From positions 15,877 through 79,876 of IMG/VR virus record IMGVR_UViG_3300010347_002008: a stretch of DNA of 64,000 nt, one strand, 5' to 3'. This DNA comes from a virus. Its lineage: Duplodnaviria > Caudoviricetes. The notes below the pieces were generated by a model. It was given only the letters and a program-made list of their open reading frames with translations, ran no database searches and was not told the origin of the DNA. Shown one piece after another: positions 49,185-58,596 of this stretch. How positions within the stretch are numbered: position 1 is the stretch's first letter; each line of letters opens with the position of its first letter. The translations under genes and the position numbers were made by a program.

Positions 49185-50597
49185 ATGAGAAGAGCAAAAA
49201 CATACAGTTCAAAAGAAGTTTATGATGCAGCAATGTTAGGATTCGTTTTTGAATTCTATTGTTCTAAAGAACCATCATTTATTGTTGAGGATCTCAAAAA
49301 AATATCTGGAAAAAGCGTGGTTATTACAGATCAAACAACCATAAAACCTAGTTTTTCTACATGTATCTTAGTGAAAGAATATGATGGAAAAAGACCACGT
49401 TACCAATTTAAAATTGGCGAACAAAAATATAATGAAGTATCTACATTTTTAAATACTATTTTATTTTGGATAAATGAGAATGCATCATTAGACAAAAATA
49501 CTTTGATGAAAGTGAATCTTAATTACAGTAGCGAACTTCAGACTCTTACAAATATTTCGCACATGGATGTCGGTAAACTTGTTTTAAAGATGGATGAGAA
49601 CTTTGTTTATCAAAGATTTCCAGAAATGAAAGGCTGCCCATTTGCCGCCTCTGTAAAAAAGATTGTACCATTTAATATGAGTTCTAACGCATCAAATGTT
49701 GTTAACTTAGTTAGTGAATTTCAAATGCCAGTTGATACATTTTATGGAATAGATTTAACTGAACAGACAAGAGGAGAATTAACGTTTAATTATATCGGGG
49801 GATATAAATATTCAGAAAAAGTAAAAGAGATTTATGAACTTCTTGAGTATTATGTTTTCACAACATATCAAGTTTTAAATGCAGAAGAATACACTCCTTC
49901 GATGATTAATGAACTTAATAAATTAACTGAAGAATATAGAATATTTAGAAAATGTTACTATAAGTATGATTTATTTGAGTCTACATATAAAGATTTCGTT
50001 ATCTATATCGACCTTAATAAAGGACATCAATTGATCGAAACACAATGGTTTCAACTGAGAGATCACATTGCTAAACTAATTCTAGAAAGCAATCTTAAGA
50101 AATGTAAATTCAATTGGGACACTGAATTTGGAACATTCCAGATTAAAGATGCTGAAATAAATGCATCGAGAGTAAAAGGATTCCAATTAGTTAATTGTAC
50201 AATCAATGGTATAGTTGAAAATTGTCACTTATGGGGTACTAAATTAAACAATTCAAGGATTTTAAATTCAACTCTTGTAAACGGCAATAATGTTTCTGAA
50301 TCTTATTTACAAAGAGTTCGGGCTGACAGAGAAAACAAAATCGAAGAATCAATGATTGTTAATTCTGGAGAGATTATTAATTGTGACCTAAATGGTTGTG
50401 TAATAAAAAATGCAGGATTAGGAGATAAAGCTAAATTAGATGAAAATTGTTTAGTGATAAGTCCTAAAGAAAAACTTTCACAACCCTCTTTAAATGGAAT
50501 TGAAGTTAAAGAAATACGCGATTATAAATGGATTAAATCTTTAAGAGATCCAAATTATTCTGATAAAGGATTTCAAAATGAATATAAAGAAGAATAA
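49185..50597 (+). CDS. degenerate amidoligase-like protein with C-terminal beta-helix-like repeats
   Basis: GFVFEFY resembles the amidoligase G.E.E motif; C-terminal pentapeptide-like NC/NS repeats. Confidence 0.45.
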   Translation: MRRAKTYSSKEVYDAAMLGFVFEFYCSKEPSFIVEDLKKISGKSVVITDQTTIKPSFSTCILVKEYDGKRPRYQFKIGEQKYNEVSTFLNTILFWINENASLDKNTLMKVNLNYSSELQTLTNISHMDVGKLVLKMDENFVYQRFPEMKGCPFAASVKKIVPFNMSSNASNVVNLVSEFQMPVDTFYGIDLTEQTRGELTFNYIGGYKYSEKVKEIYELLEYYVFTTYQVLNAEEYTPSMINELNKLTEEYRIFRKCYYKYDLFESTYKDFVIYIDLNKGHQLIETQWFQLRDHIAKLILESNLKKCKFNWDTEFGTFQIKDAEINASRVKGFQLVNCTINGIVENCHLWGTKLNNSRILNSTLVNGNNVSESYLQRVRADRENKIEESMIVNSGEIINCDLNGCVIKNAGLGDKAKLDENCLVISPKEKLSQPSLNGIEVKEIRDYKWIKSLRDPNYSDKGFQNEYKEE

Positions 50598-50891
50598 ATG
50601 ATTGCCAAAAAAATATACGAAACATTAAAGGATTATGGATTTTCTGATGAAGATGTTATCAGATTTATAAAATCTCAATATGGCGATATAATTACTATAG
50701 AACTTGAATATGAGAAAAAATCTTGGGAAGATTGTACAGATGATATATTTCGTATGTTCGGCAATAATGTTGAAATCCATGCTTCTGCGTCACAAATAGA
50801 AGATTTTGATATAGGACATAGTAAATTTCTTACCTTTACTGTTAACGGGAAAGTTGAAGATGTTATTGATGCACTAAATAATGCAGGATAG
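50598..50891 (+). CDS. hypothetical protein (may extend through TAG to 50945)
   Basis: 97 aa to TAG; the frame stays open 17 more codons to a TGA overlapping the next ATG. Confidence 0.6.
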   Translation: MIAKKIYETLKDYGFSDEDVIRFIKSQYGDIITIELEYEKKSWEDCTDDIFRMFGNNVEIHASASQIEDFDIGHSKFLTFTVNGKVEDVIDALNNAG

Positions 50892-50941
50892 CTGTGGTCA
50901 ACGGATGATCCGGCAAAGTTTATAAAAAATCATATTGTTAT

Positions 50942-51289
50942 ATGAAAATATTAGTTAAACCTGGATTTGTAAGAACCATTACTTTGGGTTTTGCTGCGGC
51001 AATTACGTTGTGGCCATTTGGTATTTTTTTATTAAAAGATAAATATTTAAACAATGCGATTCTCATAAATCATGAGGCAATACATTGGAAACAAAGTCAA
51101 GAGTTATTAGGCATTTTATTTTATATAATTTATGTATTAGAATGGTTTATTAAACTATTCATTTATGGAAAGAATGCATATTATAACATATCATTTGAAA
51201 GAGAAGCAAATTATTATGAAAACAATTTAGAATATACAAAAACACGAAAACATTTTAAATGGATAAAATTTATTTTTAAGAAATGTTAG
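50942..51289 (+). CDS. small membrane-associated HExxH protein
   Basis: AAITLWPFGIF, NHEAIHWKQ, ISFEREA. Confidence 0.65.
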   Translation: MKILVKPGFVRTITLGFAAAITLWPFGIFLLKDKYLNNAILINHEAIHWKQSQELLGILFYIIYVLEWFIKLFIYGKNAYYNISFEREANYYENNLEYTKTRKHFKWIKFIFKKC

Positions 51290-51552
51290 TAAGAGAATCA
51301 CTAGAAGATATATTAAAACCAAAATCTAAAGAAGAAGTTAATCAAAACTTCAAAGAATTAGAACAAAGAGTACGAAACATTCCAATAAAAGAGGATGCAA
51401 TATTTGAGGTTGCGCGTTTATTAGGAGGAGAAGAATTCGATTGGAGTTATAGCGATGTTTCTCGTGAGATTATTGATTATATAAGTGACAATGAATTTTA
51501 CGATGCTCTTATCTACGTATTAAAAAACAATATAGGATTTGAATTAGAATAA
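51283..51552 (+). CDS. small KPK-module protein
   Basis: MLVRESLEDILKPKSKEEV. Confidence 0.7.
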   Translation: MLVRESLEDILKPKSKEEVNQNFKELEQRVRNIPIKEDAIFEVARLLGGEEFDWSYSDVSREIIDYISDNEFYDALIYVLKNNIGFELE

Positions 51553-51566
51553 TATAAAAGAAAGAT

Positions 51567-52301
51567 ATGACCAGAGTTGAATTAATAAAGGAGGTCCAAA
51601 ATGCTTTAACTGCTTGTGCTGCACTTCCGTATGCACCCCCAGACGCGGAAATAGATCGTTTGATTGGTGTTGAAATGAAGTGGTTATTTCGTGAGTACAG
51701 AACATTATGGCAGGATCAAATTTATCTCTTAAATAAAAAATATTATACTACTAAAGAGTGGCGTAATACAAGAACATTCCAATTACCAGAGTGTGTTGTA
51801 GGTATTAAGATTGTATGGGAAATGACGCATGGAAGCCGCGTATTTGGTATTAATGACCCTGACCTGAACTTCGACAGATTAATGGCATCGGATCTTTATT
51901 TGACACCATTATCTTCAGACCAAATAACATATAGAACAATTCAGTGGTCATTCTGGGACCTTGCAAGAGCATTTAACTTAAGAGATATAAATCACAATTT
52001 CAACTTAAATACAAAACGATTGGTGATAACAGGGAGAACTCCTGTTGAATCATTATTCATTTTAAGTCAAGTACAAATTCCTGATGAAGATGCATTTGAA
52101 GATCCTTTAGTTTTAAAATGGATGATCGCGCAAGGAAAAAGATCTTTAGCAAGAATTCTTGGAGCGTTCAATTATCAATTATTAGGAAATGTTACGATAA
52201 ACTTCGAACAAATAAGAACAGAAGGAAACGAAGAATTAGCAGAATTAAAAGAAAAAATAAAGACCGACGACGTAGCCGACTGGTTCTTACTATTCCCATA
52301 A
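51567..52301 (+). CDS. gp13: neck protein (T4 gp13-like)
   Basis: C-terminal AQGKRSLARILGAF..QLLGNVTIN..IRTEG.EEL matches the gp13 pattern (LPGGVTIDG..L.EEA). Confidence 0.7.
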   Translation: MTRVELIKEVQNALTACAALPYAPPDAEIDRLIGVEMKWLFREYRTLWQDQIYLLNKKYYTTKEWRNTRTFQLPECVVGIKIVWEMTHGSRVFGINDPDLNFDRLMASDLYLTPLSSDQITYRTIQWSFWDLARAFNLRDINHNFNLNTKRLVITGRTPVESLFILSQVQIPDEDAFEDPLVLKWMIAQGKRSLARILGAFNYQLLGNVTINFEQIRTEGNEELAELKEKIKTDDVADWFLLFP

Positions 52302-52393
52302 TGAAAGCACAAAAAGTATATGAAGCAATAGGTGATGTTTTAAAACCTAAAACATTAGAAGATATGGAAAAAGCTATCGCAGCACTCATGTAG
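52301..52393 (+). CDS. 30-aa minigene consisting almost only of the leader plus KPK module
   Basis: MKAQKVYEAIGDVLKPKTLEDMEKAIAALM; the ATG overlaps the gp13 TAA. Confidence 0.65.
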   Translation: MKAQKVYEAIGDVLKPKTLEDMEKAIAALM

Positions 52394-52414
52394 AAATAAT
52401 TAGAACTTTTTAAT

Positions 52415-52600
52415 ATGGCAAAATTTTTTAGAAGAAACGATGATGATAGAGTCATTGCAGGAATATGTGGTGGCTTAGGTAAATACACAAATACCGATCC
52501 AGTAATGTGGAGATTAGCAGCTGTATTGCTACTTTTATTTACAGCATCTGCAATAGGTTTAGTTTATTTAATAACATGGATTATACTACCAAAAGAATAA
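52415..52600 (+). CDS. pspC: PspC-domain membrane protein
   Basis: RRNDDDRVIAGICGGLGKY...DPVMWRL...YLITWIILP. Confidence 0.85.
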   Translation: MAKFFRRNDDDRVIAGICGGLGKYTNTDPVMWRLAAVLLLLFTASAIGLVYLITWIILPKE

Positions 52601-52605
52601 AGTAA

Positions 52606-52848
52606 ATGAAAGCTATGACAGTAAATGAGACATTAAAAAGTGGATGGGCAGTCCTCATACTACATCCATCATTTAAAGAACCTAAATATTTAAAAGATTA
52701 TGGAGATTATCACAGAGGTGAAATTTTAAAATTAACATCTAAAATGAAAAGATCTCAATGTTTTAAATATTTACAACAAGCACAAATAGCAGCAAAAATG
52801 TTGGAGCTTAGATTTAAAGAAGGAATAATAAAAATAATAAAAGTATGA
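52606..52848 (+). CDS. hypothetical protein with leader
   Basis: MKAMTVNET. Confidence 0.6.
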   Translation: MKAMTVNETLKSGWAVLILHPSFKEPKYLKDYGDYHRGEILKLTSKMKRSQCFKYLQQAQIAAKMLELRFKEGIIKIIKV

Positions 52849-53460
52849 AGGCAAAATTTGTATATGAATCAATACAAGAAGGAGTAGCCGATAAATACGC
52901 ATCTGCTAGGTTTGGAATTACAGACCCAGATGAGGAATTTGAATTGCAATGGGCAGGACGTCAATTATCTGGGCAGGCTCTTACTTGGATTCATGGCTAT
53001 CCACTTATAAAAAATCCTAAATCATTTGGAACATTTTGTTCCAAATGCTAGAGCCGTTATTTTGGCAAATGGAGATTTGTATGTCATTTCAGACGCATTA
53101 CATATTATTCATACTAAAATGTTGGGAAGGATGAAAGAACTGGATATAATTGATGAAAAGACAACAGGATGGGAAGATCCGTTTGAGCGAAATCCCGATC
53201 AATTTATTGCGGTCCAAAGAGTTTGGAATAAAAATGCATTTGCTTTAAGCGAATCATATGTAATTCCTAAGAGAAAGAAGGGGGAACCAGCAAGTCCTGA
53301 AAGACTTGAGGCTCTTCGTTTGTTTTTTCCATTTCTAAAAGCTGCCGCACACAAGTTTCCTCAATATCAATTTGTTCCAGAACAAATTATGGCTGCTTCT
53401 AGAGAAATGCTATCAGACTTAGAATTACAAAGACAAAAACAATATAAAGCCGGGTTATGA
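52845..53460 (+). pseudogene. leader-bearing gene split by one extra T at about 53025 (track ORFs 52845-53051 and 53026-53460)
   Basis: Removing one T gives ...KNPKSLEHFVPNAR... in one continuous frame from MKAKFVYESIQE. Confidence 0.65.
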
Positions 53461-53810
53461 AGCTTGTAAAAGAATCTGTTGAAGATATATTAAAACCAAA
53501 AAATTTAATTGGAAAAAAATTCTATGTTCGTAGTGACGCAACTGGAATGATAGAATTTATTATCGAAATACATGATATTCACGACGAACAGTTAGACGTT
53601 AAGGTTATTTATAATAATCATATGATTGAAGGCCCTGCTATTTTTTCTCTTGAGGAAGGAGAATTTTCTGGCGCTAAAGATATATATTTTGATTTTGATG
53701 ATTTTCAATATTATGGATTTAAAGAATTAAATGAGGAGGCCTTTATAGAATTAGATAAAAAAATAAAGGAATTACAAAATTTTAAAAAATATTTACGATC
53801 TATTTTATGA
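53457..53810 (+). CDS. KPK-module protein
   Basis: MKLVKESVEDILKPKN. Confidence 0.7.
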   Translation: MKLVKESVEDILKPKNLIGKKFYVRSDATGMIEFIIEIHDIHDEQLDVKVIYNNHMIEGPAIFSLEEGEFSGAKDIYFDFDDFQYYGFKELNEEAFIELDKKIKELQNFKKYLRSIL

Positions 53811-55636
53811 AAGCAAAAAAAGTTTCTGATATTTTAAAGCCTAAACCCGACGATGACATCATGTCAGAACTTTTAGAAGTTGAACCTGACAAACTAGATG
53901 TTATGCTTTCTATCTATAAAAAATGGAAGCCTATATTTAAAAAAGAAATAAATCGTCCAGAATTATCTTCTTTTGGAGATAAAGTGCGTGCATTTAAAAG
54001 AGATTTGGAAATAGAACAAAATGCAATTAAAGGAACTGGTTATCGCGAAGGAGGAAGCACTGGTTTTAGGGGTTTATTACGTTTGATTAATTGGTGGGAA
54101 AGTGGCAGATACTCTTCTGACATGTTAGAAGAAATGATTGATCAATGGATAAAAACCGTTGAAGTAGCTCTAAAACACTTTAAAACGATGGCTAAACGTG
54201 AATATCATCCAATCAAAGAGGAAGTCTTAGATATTTTTAAACCAAAATCTCAAGAAGAACTTATTCCATTAATTCGCGATAAATTTCCCATATTTCTAGA
54301 AGTTTATAATGCCCTTTTCCCTGATTATAAATTGAATATAAATCCGGGCGGCGTATCTTGTGAATTTGATACAAAATATTTTACAATATGGTTTCATCAA
54401 GATGAAGAACAACCATTTCCTAGGATTGATATGGGGGCTTATCGTAAAGAAACACCAAGAGTATTTTCTCCATATAAAATAGTCAAAAATGTAAAAGATG
54501 CCAAAGATTTTATAGATATGGTATATGATATTGAAAAACAAATTATTAACATTAAAAAAACAAGACCAAATCAAGTACATTCTATTACAATCACTGAACT
54601 ATCAAATATATTTTCACAATATCCTCAATATTTTTCTGATAAAACAGTTAAAGATTTAGTTTATTTTTTTAGATCATTTGGTCATCACAAATATCTTAAT
54701 GAATCAATTAGTGATATTTTGAAACCTAAATCAGAAAAAGAAATTGAAAAAGAAATGGGTAAGCTTTCTGGAGATGAATTATGGGATTTATGGAAAGATA
54801 CAGGACAAAAAGAATATTTAAGGCGAGCATTAAAAAAGAATTTAACATTTCCTATAGGTAGCGAAGATATAGCAGAAGCAATTCAGCAATTTCCTGATTC
54901 TACTGAAATCCTGTTTCCCCTTATAGTTAAGAATTTTCCGTATAAATTAAAAAAGGAAGGACAAAAATATATTCTTTATGCTGATTGGTATGATGAATTT
55001 TCGGATTTATTTATGGAAGGTAATGACATATCTAAAGAATCTATTGAAAAGATATTATCAGGGGATTCATGGGATTTATTTGAGAGATATGGGTCAGAGG
55101 GTATGAATTTAGATGATGAAATATATGCCATCCAAAAAATGGAAAAGGATAAAGGAGTTACATATTTTAAATCATTAACAGAAGAATTAGTAACTAAATT
55201 ATTAGAGGATTTTAATTGGCTTGATTATGATAATACAATGGAGATTAAAAATTTAAAAACTTTAACAGATGTAGCCAAATTTTTAATAAAATATCAAGAT
55301 GAAAGAGACCTAGAAGAATATATTGACGCATTTGAAAAGGCTTTAAATGAAACACAAGGTATTGCTGATGAATCACAAGCCTTCAATGAATTAAAAAATT
55401 TATTAGAAAAAGAATTAGGATTTAAATTTGAAACAAAATATTATAGTGAAAAGGATAAATGTTATAAAATTCCTCTTTCAAAGGATTCTATAATAGAGAT
55501 CTTTAAAAAGGCGAATATAGATGATAACAAAATAAGATACAACCCACCTTATTACTATAATGGAAACATTTATGATCATCCAGATGTTTTTAATGATAGC
55601 TTAAGTAATAGTATTTCTGAAATAGATGAAGGCTAA
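53807..55636 (+). CDS. three-module KPK protein
   Basis: KKVSDILKPKPDDDI; PIKEEVLDIFKPKSQEEL; LNESISDILKPKSEKEI. Confidence 0.75.
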   Translation: MKAKKVSDILKPKPDDDIMSELLEVEPDKLDVMLSIYKKWKPIFKKEINRPELSSFGDKVRAFKRDLEIEQNAIKGTGYREGGSTGFRGLLRLINWWESGRYSSDMLEEMIDQWIKTVEVALKHFKTMAKREYHPIKEEVLDIFKPKSQEELIPLIRDKFPIFLEVYNALFPDYKLNINPGGVSCEFDTKYFTIWFHQDEEQPFPRIDMGAYRKETPRVFSPYKIVKNVKDAKDFIDMVYDIEKQIINIKKTRPNQVHSITITELSNIFSQYPQYFSDKTVKDLVYFFRSFGHHKYLNESISDILKPKSEKEIEKEMGKLSGDELWDLWKDTGQKEYLRRALKKNLTFPIGSEDIAEAIQQFPDSTEILFPLIVKNFPYKLKKEGQKYILYADWYDEFSDLFMEGNDISKESIEKILSGDSWDLFERYGSEGMNLDDEIYAIQKMEKDKGVTYFKSLTEELVTKLLEDFNWLDYDNTMEIKNLKTLTDVAKFLIKYQDERDLEEYIDAFEKALNETQGIADESQAFNELKNLLEKELGFKFETKYYSEKDKCYKIPLSKDSIIEIFKKANIDDNKIRYNPPYYYNGNIYDHPDVFNDSLSNSISEIDEG

Positions 55637-56105
55637 AAAAGTATACGAGTCAAGTATTTTGAAACCTAAAACGACTGATGAAATAGTCAGCTCATTTATC
55701 AATCTGTCTATAAGCGAGCAGGTTGAATTTTTAGATGATTATGAAAACAGACACATAATCCCATTCGAAAACTGGCCATTAATTCTACAAATAAAAGAAC
55801 AATTAAAGAACAATCCACAATTTGATAGTATGTTTAGAGTAACATCTAATGATGCACTCAATCAATTTGCCTGGTCATTTAGTCCTGATGAACAAATAGG
55901 TACAAAATTTAAAATCTATAGCAGGCTCAGTAATAATATTCAACCGATTAACGTTGAACAATATAATAGTGAACCAGACACCATCCACGTATACGAAGAA
56001 GCCGATACTGCGAATGAACAAGTCATCGAATCATACGACGGGTTTATTAAATGGTTAAATGATGATTATCTTTGGAAAAAAGATAAAATCCAAATAAATC
56101 CTTAA
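55626..56105 (+). CDS. KPK-module protein
   Basis: MKAKKVYESSILKPKTTDEI. Confidence 0.7.
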   Translation: MKAKKVYESSILKPKTTDEIVSSFINLSISEQVEFLDDYENRHIIPFENWPLILQIKEQLKNNPQFDSMFRVTSNDALNQFAWSFSPDEQIGTKFKIYSRLSNNIQPINVEQYNSEPDTIHVYEEADTANEQVIESYDGFIKWLNDDYLWKKDKIQINP

Positions 56106-56180
56106 ATTTGTCATTTTTGTCATATTTTTTCTAAATTTTTGTCATTTTTGTCATATTTTTTATTTTGGCATTTTATTTGA
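56104..56180 (+). promoter_or_regulatory. four TGTCA boxes plus a sigma54-like -24/-12 element upstream of hsp20
   Basis: TGTCA at 56109, 56118, 56140 and 56149 (31-bp direct repeat); TGGCA-N6-TTGA at 56166-56180. Confidence 0.5.
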
Positions 56181-56225
56181 AATATTTAGCATTGATAATT
56201 TAATGTTAAACTAAAATAAAATTAA

Positions 56226-56621
56226 ATGCCTATGTTACCAGTAATTAGAAATTCAAGAAACAACAATCTATCTTTAGTTGACGATTTATTTGACACCTTC
56301 ATTAGAACTTGGGATGATCGTCAAGAATTATCATCTTATTATTATGATGAACAAACAAAAGATCATGTCATTACAGTTCAAGCACCTGGATTCAAGAAAG
56401 ATGATATTGAAATAGAAGTAGATAATAGAGGAATTTCTATTAAGGGAGAAATAAAGGATGAAAAAACTAAAGGTAGACTTCGTAGAAACACATTCCATTA
56501 TGCGATGACCCATTATGGAATTGATTCTAAAACAGTAGATGCTTCTTTAGAAGACGGAATTTTAACTATTAAATTTAAAAACGAAAAAGATAAACTATCA
56601 AAAAAGATTGAAATCAAATAA
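56226..56621 (+). CDS. hsp20: small heat-shock protein (Hsp20/alpha-crystallin)
   Basis: APGFKKDDIEIEV, SIKGE, VDASLEDGILTI. Confidence 0.9.
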   Translation: MPMLPVIRNSRNNNLSLVDDLFDTFIRTWDDRQELSSYYYDEQTKDHVITVQAPGFKKDDIEIEVDNRGISIKGEIKDEKTKGRLRRNTFHYAMTHYGIDSKTVDASLEDGILTIKFKNEKDKLSKKIEIK

Positions 56622-56650
56622 GAAAGAGGGATTATTTCCCTCTTTTTTTA
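56622..56650. terminator. bidirectional terminator between convergent genes
   Basis: aaagaggga-ttatt-tccctcttt with flanking A/T runs. Confidence 0.75.
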
Positions 56651-57084
56651 TCTTTAAATTTATTGTAGATTATATCTCGAACTTTTATTCCAGATCCTTT
56701 ATGAACATTTTTTCTAAATAGCGTTTCTGCTTTATTGGCAATTTCATGCGCATCATCATATGAAACCCCGTGATTTTTCATTAGATTTCTCTCAACTAAT
56801 TCATGTAAAATAATAGCTTGCAAATCATTAGGTTTTAATAAATGAACGTCGTCAATCCATATTTCATCTTCAGGTATATATTTTTTATAGCCAGGATAGC
56901 TAGTTGGATAATGACTTCCTCCTTCTACAAATTGTGGAAAATCTAATCCAGGATCTTTGTCTCTAACATAATCTCCATTAACAGCATAAATTTTTATGCC
57001 ATCTTTATCTTCAATAAGTCTTTTGTGAAGAGTCTTTTCTTTTGATAGAGCATCTTCTAAACTTTCGCTTACTAACTTTTTCAT
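56632..57084 (-). CDS. leader-bearing hypothetical protein, possible metal-binding HE..E...H
   Basis: MKKLVSESLED; ILHELVER...YDDAHEIA. Confidence 0.65.
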   Translation of the reverse strand: MKKLVSESLEDALSKEKTLHKRLIEDKDGIKIYAVNGDYVRDKDPGLDFPQFVEGGSHYPTSYPGYKKYIPEDEIWIDDVHLLKPNDLQAIILHELVERNLMKNHGVSYDDAHEIANKAETLFRKNVHKGSGIKVRDIIYNKFKDKKRGK

Positions 57085-58157
57085 GGATAATTTACTCTCA
57101 TAAAATCTTCAAGATACCATTTATTGCCGTTTTCATCTTGAAAAAATGCTTTTGATTCTCTTTCATCTTCGTCAGTCAACCCAACATCCTCTTCTTCATC
57201 TTCACGAAAATCACACTCTATTTCAGCACCATGTGGAACTATTTCGCCTGTAAAACGATATTCGACACCATCTCCGCTTTCAACAATCTTTAATTCTATG
57301 CCGCCCATATTTGTTAAAGCCAAAACTCCGTCTGGATTCCAATCATTTTGATAATATGTTTGTATTATTTTTTGTGCTACCTCGGCTGGCGGTATCTTAT
57401 CTTTAAACCCTTCATCTACAAATTCGCGATATTTACTAAAAATAGTATCATCACCAAACATAACTCTTTGCCGGTCAATTTCTTTATCAACCATATCTGT
57501 ATATTCATCTACCTCCGTATATTCAAGAGCCTTTTGTATTTCTTCTCTTGATTTTGGTCTTAAAATATCTCCCAGCGACTCTTTTATAGATTTATGTTTT
57601 TCCAACCAAGGAATCAAAATATCTAACGTATCTTGATAACCTGACCAAGCAGATGATCCCCAATCTATATCAACTAATTTAATAGCATTATGAACATCTT
57701 GGTATGTAGTTTCTTTAAAATTTTCTAATATCCATTTCATCACCTTTTTCATACCCATATAAAGGGTTTTTTGCAAAACAGACTCTCTAAATCTTGGATA
57801 TTTTTTATATAATCCCGTTATTTGTTTTGATTTCAACATTTCAATAATTAAATCCTGTGTTTCTTCGGCATCTCCCATACTATTATAAGCAGCCCATAAA
57901 TTACCGCTAGATCCATTGGTTTTAGGAACATAAGTATATAGAGGTTTTGCTCCGTGTTTAAGAGCATATTTTGCATATGAAACATTTCTTCGATTTATAG
58001 CTGCTAATAAGTGTTCTGTCGCGCTCTTTTTATCTCCTATTTTGTAATCAGGATCATTTGTAAGATTTTTTTCAATTTCCTCTTCAGATTTAGGTTTGAA
58101 AACATCTCCAACAGCTTCTTTAAACAATTCAGATTCAGTTATGAATTTAGCCTTCAC
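57081..58157 (-). CDS. two-module KPK protein (first module ankyrin-like)
   Basis: GTG start; FKEAVGDVFKPKSEEEI; HLLAAI....YAKYALKHGA; internal IKESLGDILRPKSREEI. Confidence 0.7.
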   Translation of the reverse strand: MKAKFITESELFKEAVGDVFKPKSEEEIEKNLTNDPDYKIGDKKSATEHLLAAINRRNVSYAKYALKHGAKPLYTYVPKTNGSSGNLWAAYNSMGDAEETQDLIIEMLKSKQITGLYKKYPRFRESVLQKTLYMGMKKVMKWILENFKETTYQDVHNAIKLVDIDWGSSAWSGYQDTLDILIPWLEKHKSIKESLGDILRPKSREEIQKALEYTEVDEYTDMVDKEIDRQRVMFGDDTIFSKYREFVDEGFKDKIPPAEVAQKIIQTYYQNDWNPDGVLALTNMGGIELKIVESGDGVEYRFTGEIVPHGAEIECDFREDEEEDVGLTDEDERESKAFFQDENGNKWYLEDFMRVNYP

Positions 58158-58211
58158 TAATCAAAGTTTATTTTATATATCAATTTTCTAACTATTTCCA
58201 AGTTTAGAATA

Positions 58212-58219
58212 TATAAATA
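58212..58219 (+). promoter_or_regulatory. T4-type late promoter
   Basis: TATAAATA 12 nt upstream of the gp25-like start. Confidence 0.7.
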
Positions 58220-58230
58220 AAAATCATTAG

Positions 58231-58596
58231 ATGATTCGAGAAATATACAATCGAAGCCCTCAAGATCCTAATTTTAAATATGGTGTGTTAGAACACTCCG
58301 ATCCTATTGAGAGCATCATTTCGAAAATAAAAATGATATTAGGAACGAGTCAAGGACAAGTTCTCGGAGACCTTAATTTTGGTGTTGGGTTAGAGGATCT
58401 TATTTTCGAAACTCGTATCAATAAAATGGAACTTGAAGAAAGAATCAAAGCACAAATAATGCAATATGTTGATGAATCAAAAGACTATCAAATAAGCCCA
58501 AGTGTTTCATTTGGAAGGGCTCCTGAAGGATATGATTATGCGGTAGTTGACATCTTCATAAATAATCAAAAGATAATTGGAGTATTAGTACAATAA
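58231..58596 (+). CDS. gp25: baseplate wedge protein gp25-like
   Basis: IKMILGTSQGQVLGDLNFGVGLEDLIFE matches the gp25 pattern (I..IL.T..GER...P.FG..L..L.FE). Confidence 0.8.
   Translation: MIREIYNRSPQDPNFKYGVLEHSDPIESIISKIKMILGTSQGQVLGDLNFGVGLEDLIFETRINKMELEERIKAQIMQYVDESKDYQISPSVSFGRAPEGYDYAVVDIFINNQKIIGVLVQ

Noticed and set aside
49145-49190. Triple ATATGA repeat and mini-ORF MNLYENI upstream of 49185
   Set aside because: Very short and AT-rich; indistinguishable from chance.
52118-52300. N-terminal part of track ORF 52118-52393
   Set aside because: Overlaps gp13 in another frame; the real start is the coupled ATG at 52301.
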